Positions 36,812-44,014 of a DNA stretch of 53,381 bases are shown piece by piece (position 1 is the first letter of the stretch; every line of letters begins with the position of its first letter). The notes beneath the pieces were generated by a model. That model made no database searches. It had not been told where the DNA came from and was given only the letters and a program-made list of their open reading frames with translations. The position numbers and the translations under genes were made by a program. The stretch is from an uncultured Desulfuromonadales bacterium. GTDB lineage: Bacteria > Desulfobacterota > Desulfuromonadia > Desulfuromonadales > CAZYXS01. The DNA lies in NCBI GenBank assembly GCA_964650955.1, contig CAZYXS010000002.1, positions 1-53,381 of the forward strand, given 5' to 3'.

Positions 36812-37839
36812 ATCTCCTCCACCAGGATCTCGACCCCCTTGAGGGCCTGCCCCTCCTTGACGATCACCGCGCGGTCCGGGCGCTTGTCGTAGGTGCCGTA
36901 AAGTTCACCGGGGGCCGGGGCGCCGCCGAGCTCGCTGCGGGCCACCAGGTAGTAGGTGCCGCCGCGGGGGAAGGAGAGCACGAAGCTGCCGTCCTTGCCG
37001 GTGGGCTGGGAGACGTACAGGGGGCGATTGAGCATCTGCGGGTCGTCGTAGAGCATCACCCGCAGGCCGGCCACCGGTTGTTTCTTCTTGTCGAGCACCC
37101 GGCCATGGATGCTGGTCTGGCCGAACAACTGATCGGCCAACCGCTCCACCTTTTCCGGCACCTCGAGCATCGGCAGCGCCAACCGGGCCACCGCTCCCTC
37201 CTTGAGCACCAGGGGATTGCCCGGGTAGTAGCCGATGAAGTCGCCGGCCTGCAGCGGCCCCATGGCCGCCCCGCTGTTGCGCTGGCGGGCCAGCAGGTAA
37301 TAGGTGCCGGCGGGCAGGTCCAGCTCGAACATCCCCTGGTCGTCCGTCGGCCCGGCGATGCCCAGCCCCATCCCTTTGAACTGGCTGGTCAGATCGGTAT
37401 AGACGTAAACCAGGGCACCGGCCAGGGGTTTGCCCTCGGCGCTGACCTGCCCGAGCACGCCGTTGGAGATCAACGCCTTCTGCTGGGGCAGCGGCAGTTT
37501 CTCCGGGACCAGGCCGAGGTTCATCTCCGTCAGGCCGGCGGCGGGAACATGCACCGGGTTGCGCCCGTAATAGGCGAACAAGCCCTCCCCCCGGGCCAGG
37601 AAATAGTAGTCCCCCGGCGGCAGCTCCAGCATGAACAGGCCGTCGGCCTTGGTGGGGAGGGAGGTTGCCGTCGGCGTGCCGGTCAGGGTGGTGGCCGAAA
37701 GAGGATAGGCCTGGACGGTCACTCCGCCGACCCCCTTGGTGTTGACGGCGGCCTTGCCGGACACCGGGGCGGCCTGGGCGCCGAGGGGGGTCAGGAGCAA
37801 AAAAAAGAGGAGCAGCGGGAGGGAGTGGCAAAAGCGCAT
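36805..37839 (-). CDS. carboxypeptidase-regulatory-like three-module protein, paralog 4
   Basis: Signal ...TPLGAQA. Module 2 has AGTYYLLARQRNSGAAMGPLQAGDFIGYYPGNPL and module 3 has GGTYYLVARSELGGAPAPGELYGTYDK. It ends in ...EEMW and overlaps the downstream beta-helix gene by 7 nt. Confidence 0.7.
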   Translation of the reverse strand: MRFCHSLPLLLFFLLLTPLGAQAAPVSGKAAVNTKGVGGVTVQAYPLSATTLTGTPTATSLPTKADGLFMLELPPGDYYFLARGEGLFAYYGRNPVHVPAAGLTEMNLGLVPEKLPLPQQKALISNGVLGQVSAEGKPLAGALVYVYTDLTSQFKGMGLGIAGPTDDQGMFELDLPAGTYYLLARQRNSGAAMGPLQAGDFIGYYPGNPLVLKEGAVARLALPMLEVPEKVERLADQLFGQTSIHGRVLDKKKQPVAGLRVMLYDDPQMLNRPLYVSQPTGKDGSFVLSFPRGGTYYLVARSELGGAPAPGELYGTYDKRPDRAVIVKEGQALKGVEILVEEMW

Positions 37840-37921
37840 GAAGAAACCTCACGAAAGGAGGGGCCGCGCGGAGGAGCGGCAGAAATCCGTCTGCCAACCG
37901 CCTGGCGCTGCCGGATGTCTT

Positions 37922-38878
37922 TCAGTTCAGCAACTGCCAACCCCAGCCAAGCAGGATGGCAATCCCCAGGCTGGAGGCCAGGAACACCCCGACCACCCGG
38001 GGCCGAAACAAACCGTAAAGGGCGATGGTGGCAGGAATGCTGGAAACGGGGCCGGCCAGCAGCAAGGTCAGGGCGGCCCCCGAGTCCATCCCCCGTTGCA
38101 GCAACCCCGCCAGGATCGGGATCAGGGGAATCTGGTTGACCGGCAACGGCAGGCCGATCAGGGCCGCCACCAGCACCGAGCCGAGGTTGTCTGCGCCGAC
38201 CAACCCCAGGATCCAGGAGGGTGGAACCAGGGTCACGATCACCGCCTCGAGGAGAATGGCCAGCAGCAGGAATTTGCCGGTGAAGATGGCCGCATCGAGG
38301 GTGCGGTCAAGGATGAAATGGAGGCGGCTGTCCCGGGGGACGATGATCATGCTCTTGACCCGGATGCCGCCGGCGGCGCCGATCACCCGCGCCGGGGCGA
38401 GGCTGCCGTCGGGGTTGTAGATTGGGGCGAGGCGCACCTGGGGCCCCGCCAGGTAGCCCTGTTTCTCCAGCAGCAGGGTGATCAGGCCGGCCCCCAGGCC
38501 GAGCAGGCCGGCACCGACAAATTTGAGCAGTGCCCAGTCGGCCCCGAGGCCGCGCCAGGTCAGCAGCAGGGCGTCGGGCCCCATCACCGGGGAGGTCACC
38601 AGCAGCGCCAGCAGCGGCGCCAGCGGGGTGCCGACCATGGCCAGGGAGATGGCGATGGGGAGAATGCCGCAGGCGCACAGGGGACTGACCATACCGACCA
38701 TGACCGCCAGCACCACCCCCCAACCGCCGGCGCGGCTGAGCAGGTCGCGAATCTTCAGGTCGAGCTTGTACCCCTTGATGATCCCCACCAGCAGGCAGGC
38801 CAGGAGGAAAAACCACCACATCTTGGCGATTTCCGTCCAGACCACGTCCAGCATGCGGGCGAGCAGGGATTCAGGCAT
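37922..38878 (-). CDS. ArsP/YraQ-type (DUF318) predicted permease
   Basis: A protein of about 318 aa with 8-10 TM helices and the family-typical vicinal Cys motif MVSPLCACGILPIA. I prefer ATG 38878 (ATGCCTGA overlap with the FmdE stop) over track start 38908. Confidence 0.65.
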   Translation of the reverse strand: MPESLLARMLDVVWTEIAKMWWFFLLACLLVGIIKGYKLDLKIRDLLSRAGGWGVVLAVMVGMVSPLCACGILPIAISLAMVGTPLAPLLALLVTSPVMGPDALLLTWRGLGADWALLKFVGAGLLGLGAGLITLLLEKQGYLAGPQVRLAPIYNPDGSLAPARVIGAAGGIRVKSMIIVPRDSRLHFILDRTLDAAIFTGKFLLLAILLEAVIVTLVPPSWILGLVGADNLGSVLVAALIGLPLPVNQIPLIPILAGLLQRGMDSGAALTLLLAGPVSSIPATIALYGLFRPRVVGVFLASSLGIAILLGWGWQLLN

Positions 38879-39308
38879 CAAACTTCGACTCCTCGCTTGT
38901 CTCGGCAACGATCACCAGTTCCGCCAACGGGGCCTGGCGCAAGTCGGCCAAGGCCGCCTCCGCCGCCGGATCGCCGGCATCGAGCAGCCGCCGGCAGGCG
39001 GCGGCCCGCTCCAGGGCGGCGGGGGTCAACTCGGCAGCCACCTGGGTGCCGCCACTATCGGTCAGCAGCAGCCGATGGCGCCCTTGCGGGTCCACCTCCA
39101 GGCGCCCTTCTTCGGGCAGGCAACCGGTGACCAGGGCGATGCCGTCGACGGCGCAGGTCTCCATCTGGTAGCAGGCCCGCAGCCCCTCTTGCCCGTCGCC
39201 CAAGGCCAGCAGCGCCGCCTCTGCCAGGCGCGCCCCCAGGGTGCTCATCGGGCAGTAGTGGCCGTGCCGCTGGCGGATACGCAGGAACAGTTCGGGAATC
39301 TCGGCCAT
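38871..39308 (-). CDS. FmdE/FwdE-domain protein
   Basis: 145 aa. RHGHYCPMSTLGARL and CAVDGIALVTGC match the FmdE-family Cys/His signature. Confidence 0.7.
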   Translation of the reverse strand: MAEIPELFLRIRQRHGHYCPMSTLGARLAEAALLALGDGQEGLRACYQMETCAVDGIALVTGCLPEEGRLEVDPQGRHRLLLTDSGGTQVAAELTPAALERAAACRRLLDAGDPAAEAALADLRQAPLAELVIVAETSEESKFDA

Positions 39309-39365
39309 GGCGAGGGTATCGCTACGGCTGCAAACCGCGGGGTCCCCCCCGCGATTTGGCCGCGG

Positions 39366-40247
39366 TCAGAATTCGTAGTGATGGGGGCAGTCGGTGTCGC
39401 GGATCTCGTGATACTTGGCCGTCATGTCCGGGGTCAGGAAGCAGCGCACTTCCTTGAGCGCCCGCAGAAAGTGCTCCGTGGTGACCTGGGGAGCGTCCTG
39501 CTTGATGGCATTGACGGTGGCCCGCTTGCACAGGCTCTCGATGTCCCAGCCGACATACCCTTCGCTCAACTCGGCCAACTGGTCGCGGTCGATCCCCGGT
39601 GCCAGGTTCGGCATCTTGTCCATGTAGATGTCGAGCATGCCGCGGCGGTCGACGGCCCGGGGCGGATGGACGAAGACCTTGCGGTTGTAGCGTTTTTTCT
39701 CCTTGATCAGCGCCTGGTCGACGGTGTCGATGCGGTAGCAGGAGCCGAGCAGCGCCACCCCCGGAACCTGGTTGATGCGATCGACCTGCTCGATGAACAG
39801 GCGGCTGAGTTCCTTGTCGGCGAAGGTCGGCGGCACCGCCCGCCGGTTGCCCCGGCTCCACTCGTAGTCGCAGCCGGCCCGGGGGCAGAGCCATTCGCAG
39901 TCGGAGATGAACAGCACACAGGGTGCCTCGTGGACGGCGCAGTCGAAGGCCTCCACCAGCTCCGGCCCCTTGCCGAGCATCTCCTGGCCGGAGATGTAGA
40001 CGAAGGAGACGCCGGCCTCCTTGGCGCAGGCCTCGGCGAGCATGGTGATGCCGGTGCCGAGGGGCCCCCAGAGCATCACCCCGGCAGGAATGCCGAGGTT
40101 GTGCATTTTGAGCATTTCCGGCTTCTTCAGCGGCAGGCAGACCATCTCCTTGAGGGTCTCCTTGACATCGGCATAACCGCCGATATCGTCCCAGCCCAGG
40201 ACCGGGTCCCGAACCTCGTAAAAGATGTTTGCCAGTTTTCTGTGCAT
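39366..40247 (-). CDS. AAA+ family protein with degenerate Walker A/B, sensor-1 and Arg-finger positions (probable pseudo-ATPase)
   Basis: 293 aa, clearly alignable to the classic AAA (CDC48/FtsH) module. GVMLWGPLGTGITMLAEA aligns with Fts[29 protein letters not shown] with [19 protein letters not shown] with IAATNRPD, and KEKKRYNRK with LRPGRFDR. Confidence 0.75.
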   Translation of the reverse strand: MHRKLANIFYEVRDPVLGWDDIGGYADVKETLKEMVCLPLKKPEMLKMHNLGIPAGVMLWGPLGTGITMLAEACAKEAGVSFVYISGQEMLGKGPELVEAFDCAVHEAPCVLFISDCEWLCPRAGCDYEWSRGNRRAVPPTFADKELSRLFIEQVDRINQVPGVALLGSCYRIDTVDQALIKEKKRYNRKVFVHPPRAVDRRGMLDIYMDKMPNLAPGIDRDQLAELSEGYVGWDIESLCKRATVNAIKQDAPQVTTEHFLRALKEVRCFLTPDMTAKYHEIRDTDCPHHYEF

Positions 40248-40334
40248 CGGCTCACTCCGCCGTGGAAGATGAGAAGAAAGACAACGCTAGGCCTCCCAGC
40301 ATTTTAGCAACATACATGCCAGCTGCGCAAAGGC

Positions 40335-40652
40335 TCAGAGGTCGTTGAGCAGCCGGTAGATCTTTTGCTCCAGGTCCCAGACCGCCGCCCCCTGGTCCTC
40401 GGCCCCGGCCTCCTCGAACAACAGCCGGGCCCGGTCGAGCTGACCGTGGGCCTTGAGCAGCACCGGGGTCAGTTCCGCCTCCAGACGGATGCGGGGGATC
40501 TCTCCCACCTGCTCTTCCAGTTCCGCCAGGCCCTGCAAGGCCTGCTGCAGGCTGCGCGCTTCCGGGTCCGGTTGCTCTCCGGCAGCGGGCAGGCCGGCAC
40601 AAAATGCTCTGACGTCCGCCACCACGCCGCGGTAACGCTCGGAAATACTCAT
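40335..40652 (-). CDS. hypothetical helical protein (105 aa)
   Basis: ATG 40652 with AAGGAGAA RBS. MSISERYRGVVADVRAF... is predicted all-helical. I recognise no family. The 189-aa track ORF extends upstream across the thi promoter/riboswitch region and is unlikely. Confidence 0.5.
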   Translation of the reverse strand: MSISERYRGVVADVRAFCAGLPAAGEQPDPEARSLQQALQGLAELEEQVGEIPRIRLEAELTPVLLKAHGQLDRARLLFEEAGAEDQGAAVWDLEQKIYRLLNDL

Positions 40653-40756
40653 GGATTGCTTCTCCTTGGATTCGGCGCCAGAGGACTCCCTGGCAATGGA
40701 ATTTTCTATCTTAGGAGAAAGCCGGGGGGAAGACAACGCCAAAGCCGGAAAAAAAG

Positions 40757-40786
40757 TTGACTTCACCGGCCACTCGCTGCTAGCTT
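40757..40786 (+). promoter_or_regulatory. possible sigma70-type promoter of the thi operon
   Basis: TTGACT (40757-62), an 18-nt spacer, then TAGCTT (40781-86), preceded by an A-tract (ggaaaaaaag). The -10 element is weak. Confidence 0.3.
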
Positions 40787-40806
40787 GATCGTCTACATCA
40801 CTGATA

Positions 40807-40895
40807 CGCCCTAGGGGAGTTTCTGACTGAGAGCCTTGCTGCGGCAAGGCGACCCTTTGAACCTGATCCGGATCATACCGGCGGAGGGAAGCGGC
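40807..40895 (+). promoter_or_regulatory. TPP (thiamine pyrophosphate) riboswitch aptamer
   Basis: CGCC-CUAGGGGAG...CUGAGA...ACCCUUUGAACCUGAUCCGGAUCAUACCGGCGGAGGGAAGC-GGCG. The invariant THI-box elements CUGAGA and ACCUGAUC.GGAU.AU.CCGGCG.AGGGA are all present, directly upstream of thiF. Confidence 0.9.
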
Positions 40896-40925
40896 GCACG
40901 ACATCGGGGGGATCTCCTCTGATCG

Positions 40926-40957
40926 AAGGCCGCCCTGTCAGCGGCCTTTTTCATTTT
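40926..40957 (+). terminator. riboswitch expression-platform terminator
   Basis: AAGGCCGC-CCTGTCA-GCGGCCTT followed by TTTCATTTTT. It ends 13 nt before the thiF ATG. Confidence 0.65.
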
Positions 40958-40969
40958 TCGGGGTTCTCC

Positions 40970-41776
40970 ATGCGCATCCAGCTTAACGAACAGTGGACGG
41001 ACATCAACCCGGAGACGACCCTCTTCGCCCTGCGGGAAAAGGTCAAACCCGAGGCCGACGTGGTCATCCGCAATGGCTTCCCCGCCACAGCGGACCAAGT
41101 GCTCGCCGAGGGGGACTGCATCGTGCTGATCCGCCGGGGCGAACAGCCCACGGCAGCGGAGTTGGAGGCGCTGATGGTGGCCCGCCACACCCCGGGGGTC
41201 CACAGCCGGCTCAAGGCCGCCTGCGTCGGCATCGCCGGGGCCGGCGGGCTCGGCTCGGCGGTGGCGGTGGCCCTGGCCCGTAGCGGCGTCGGCCGCCTGA
41301 TCGTCGCCGACTTCGACCTGGTGGAGCCCTCCAACCTCAACCGCCAGCAGTATTTCGTCGACCAGCTCGGCCTGCCCAAGGTGGAGGCGCTGCGGCAGAA
41401 CCTGGAACGGATCAACCCCTACGTGCAGGTGGTCCCCTGGCACCAGCGGCTGACCCCCGACAACATCCCCGAGCTGTTCGGCGAGGTCGACGCACTGGTG
41501 GAGGCCTTCGACGCCGCCGACCAGAAGGCGATGCTGGCCGCCACCTTTCTCGGCCGCTGCCCCGGCAGGCCGCTGGTGGCCGCTTCGGGGCTGGCCGGTT
41601 TCGGCCCCTCCAACAGCGTCACGACCCGGGCCGTGGGGCGCAACTTCTACCTGGTCGGCGACCTCGAATCCGCCGCCCGACCCGGCGAGGGGCTGATGGC
41701 ACCCCGGGTCGGCATTGCCGCCCATCACCAGGCCAACGCCGTGCTGCGCCTGCTGCTGGGGGAAACCCCGGAATAA
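40970..41776 (+). CDS. thiF: ThiF-type sulfur-carrier adenylyltransferase with N-terminal ThiS/MoaD-like beta-grasp domain
   Basis: 268 aa. The C-terminal E1-like domain has [41 protein letters not shown]. The first ~65 aa ([24 protein letters not shown]...[10 protein letters not shown]) looks ubiquitin-like. Confidence 0.8.
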   Translation: MRIQLNEQWTDINPETTLFALREKVKPEADVVIRNGFPATADQVLAEGDCIVLIRRGEQPTAAELEALMVARHTPGVHSRLKAACVGIAGAGGLGSAVAVALARSGVGRLIVADFDLVEPSNLNRQQYFVDQLGLPKVEALRQNLERINPYVQVVPWHQRLTPDNIPELFGEVDALVEAFDAADQKAMLAATFLGRCPGRPLVAASGLAGFGPSNSVTTRAVGRNFYLVGDLESAARPGEGLMAPRVGIAAHHQANAVLRLLLGETPE

Positions 41777-41791
41777 CCCAAAGGATCGGAT

Positions 41792-41992
41792 ATGCAGATC
41801 ACCGTCAATGGCAAGCCCCGCGACATCGGCGCCTCCGCCAACCTCGCCGCCCTGCTCGAGCACCTCGGTCTCGACCCGGCCCGGGTGGCGGTGGAACACA
41901 ACCTCGACATCGTCCCCCAGGCGCAGTTCGCCGCCACGGCTCTGGCCGAGGGGGACCGGCTGGAAATCGTCCAGTTCGTCGGCGGGGGGTAA
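41792..41992 (+). CDS. thiS: sulfur carrier protein ThiS
   Basis: 66 aa. [12 protein letters not shown]...[13 protein letters not shown] has the C-terminal Gly-Gly. AAGGA RBS. Confidence 0.9.
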   Translation: MQITVNGKPRDIGASANLAALLEHLGLDPARVAVEHNLDIVPQAQFAATALAEGDRLEIVQFVGGG

Positions 41993-41998
41993 ATCTTC

Positions 41999-42033
41999 AG
42001 AAGTCAGAAGTCGGAAGTCAGAAGTCAGAAACC
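41999..42033 (+). repeat. 5 x 7-nt tandem repeat (CAGAAGT) in the thiS-thiG spacer
   Basis: The read is cagaagt cagaagt cggaagt cagaagt cagaaac, located directly after the thiS stop. Confidence 0.9.
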
Positions 42034-42066
42034 CTCTCCCTTCTCTATCAAGGTGGAAATAAGATT

Positions 42067-42837
42067 ATGGATGATTTGATCATCGGCGGACGCCGCTTCC
42101 GCTCCCGGCTCATGGTCGGCACCGGCAAATTCGCCTCCAACGCCGCCATGGTGGACGCCATGGAGGGCTCCGGCTGCGAGATCGTCACCGTGGCCCTGCG
42201 CCGGGTGGATATCGACAACCCCGCCGACAGCCTGCTCTCCCACATCGACCGGGAAAAATACCTGCTGCTGCCCAACACCAGCGGCGCCCGCGACGCCATC
42301 GAGGCGGTGCGCCTGGCCCGCCTGGCCCGCGCCGCCGGCTGCGAGCCCTGGGTGAAGCTGGAGGTGACCCCCGACCCCTACTACCTGCTGCCCGATCCCA
42401 TCGAGACCTTCAAGGCGGCGGAAATCCTGGTGAAGGAAGGTTTCACCGTGCTCCCCTACATCAATGCCGACCCGGTGCTGGCCAAGCGCCTGCAGGAGAT
42501 CGGCACCGCCACCGTCATGCCCCTGGGGGCGCCTATCGGCACCAACAAGGGGGTCCGCACCCGGGAAAGCATCGCCATCATCATCGAGCAGGCGATCGTA
42601 CCGGTGGTGGTCGACGCCGGCCTTGGCGCGCCGTCCCACGCGGCTCTGGCCATGGAGATGGGAGCCGACGCGGTGCTGGTGAACACGGCCCTGGCGGTCA
42701 CCCCCAATCCCCGGGCCATGGCCGTCGCCTTCCAGAAGGGGGTCGAGGCGGGGCGCGAAGCCTTCCTCGCCGGCCTCGGCGAGCGCCGCGAGCGGGCCGA
42801 GGCCTCGAGCCCCCTGACCGGTTTTTTGAGGGATTGA
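42067..42837 (+). CDS. thiG: thiazole synthase
   Basis: 256 aa. F.SRL.VGTGKF, LLPNTSG, VLPY...DPV.AKRL...G...VMPL.APIGTN.G and [24 protein letters not shown] are ThiG motifs. Confidence 0.93.
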   Translation: MDDLIIGGRRFRSRLMVGTGKFASNAAMVDAMEGSGCEIVTVALRRVDIDNPADSLLSHIDREKYLLLPNTSGARDAIEAVRLARLARAAGCEPWVKLEVTPDPYYLLPDPIETFKAAEILVKEGFTVLPYINADPVLAKRLQEIGTATVMPLGAPIGTNKGVRTRESIAIIIEQAIVPVVVDAGLGAPSHAALAMEMGADAVLVNTALAVTPNPRAMAVAFQKGVEAGREAFLAGLGERRERAEASSPLTGFLRD

Positions 42838-42847
42838 CCGCCTTTTC

Positions 42848-42885
42848 ATAGGTCCCATGGGACCTATAGGATCTATGGGACCTAT
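42848..42885 (+). repeat. perfect 20-nt palindrome plus a third half-site in the thiG-thiH spacer
   Basis: ATAGGTCCCATGGGACCTAT (42848-42867) is self-complementary. After a 6-nt gap, TATGGGACCTAT (42874-42885) repeats the right half and overlaps the thiH ATG (42884). Confidence 0.9.
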
Positions 42886-44011
42886 GAGCTTTCTCGACTT
42901 GATCAACCAGTACGACCCAGCCCAGGTGCTCGACTCCATCGAAGGGGCCAGCGCCGCCGACGTGGAGCGGGCCCTGCACGCCGACCGGCTGCGTCCGGAG
43001 GATTTGCAGGCGCTCCTTTCTCCCGCCGCCCGCGCCTACCTCGAACCGATGGCCGCACGGGCTCACCGCCTCACCCAGCAGCGTTTCGGCAAGAACATCC
43101 TGCTCTACGCCCCCCTCTACGTCTCCAACCTCTGCACCAATGGTTGCCGTTATTGCGGCTTTTCCGCCACCAACAAGGTGCCCCGCCGCACCCTGACCCT
43201 CGACGAGGTGGAACGGGAGGCCCAGGTGCTGCACGACCAGGGGTTTCGGCACATCCTGCTGGTGACCGGGGAAGCCCAGGGGAAGCTGACCAACGACTAC
43301 CTGGCCGCCTGCGCCCGCCGCATCCGCCACCTGTTCAGTTCCATCTCCATCGAGGTCTGGCCCATGGAGACCGAGGGTTACCGGCAGATGGTGGAAGCCG
43401 GTGTCGACGGCCTGACCATCTATCAGGAAACCTACGACCGGGCCCTTTACAGCGAGATGCACCCCTTCGGCAACAAGCGGGACTACGAGTTCCGCCTGCT
43501 GACTCCCGAACGGGGGGGGGCCGCCGGCATCCGCCGCATCGGCCTCGGCTTCCTGCTCGGGCTCGGTCAGTTCCGCGCCGAGGCCTTTTTCCTCGGCCTG
43601 CACGCGCTGCATATGAGCCGCCACTACTGGCGCACCCTGGTGAGCGTCTCCTTCCCCCGCATCCGCCCCGCCGACGGCGGCTTCGCCCCGCTGCACCCCG
43701 TTTCCGACCGGGACTTCGTGCAGCTGATCTGCGCCCTACGCCTGCTGCTGCCCGATGCCGGCCTGGTCCTCTCCACCCGGGAGAGCGCCACCCTGCGGGA
43801 CAACCTGCTCCCCCTCGGCATCACCCAGATGAGCGCCGGTTCCTGCACCGCCCCCGGCGGCTACGCCGAAAAGGACGACAGCGGCCGCCAGTTCGCCATC
43901 GACGACGACCGCTCCCCCGAGGAAGTCGCCCGCATCATCCGCGCCCGGGGCTACGAAGCGGTCTGGAAGGATTGGGACAGCGCCTTTCTCGACAAGACCG
44001 TGCACGCCTGA
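42884..44011 (+). CDS. thiH: 2-iminoacetate synthase (tyrosine lyase), radical SAM
   Basis: The start MSFLDLINQYDP... is chosen for length and collinearity with known ThiH (ADVERAL...LLSPAA..YLE.MA..A..LT.QRFG). Radical SAM motif CTNGCRYCGF. Track start 42857 lies inside the palindrome. Confidence 0.88.
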   Translation: MSFLDLINQYDPAQVLDSIEGASAADVERALHADRLRPEDLQALLSPAARAYLEPMAARAHRLTQQRFGKNILLYAPLYVSNLCTNGCRYCGFSATNKVPRRTLTLDEVEREAQVLHDQGFRHILLVTGEAQGKLTNDYLAACARRIRHLFSSISIEVWPMETEGYRQMVEAGVDGLTIYQETYDRALYSEMHPFGNKRDYEFRLLTPERGGAAGIRRIGLGFLLGLGQFRAEAFFLGLHALHMSRHYWRTLVSVSFPRIRPADGGFAPLHPVSDRDFVQLICALRLLLPDAGLVLSTRESATLRDNLLPLGITQMSAGSCTAPGGYAEKDDSGRQFAIDDDRSPEEVARIIRARGYEAVWKDWDSAFLDKTVHA

Positions 44012-44014
44012 GCC

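Noticed and set aside
17184-37839. Calling the locus a nitrous-oxide reductase (nos) cluster
   Set aside because: Only NosD-like and NosH/NapH-like components are present. I find no NosZ (no CuA CxxxC...H motif or seven-bladed-propeller enzyme of the right size), no NosF/NosY ABC genes and no clear NosL. The resemblance is used only as an analogy.
41999-42033. Heptamer repeat or the thiG-thiH palindromes as a CRISPR array or mobile-element end
   Set aside because: The units are far too short (7 nt with no spacers, and a single palindrome) and no cas or transposase genes are present.
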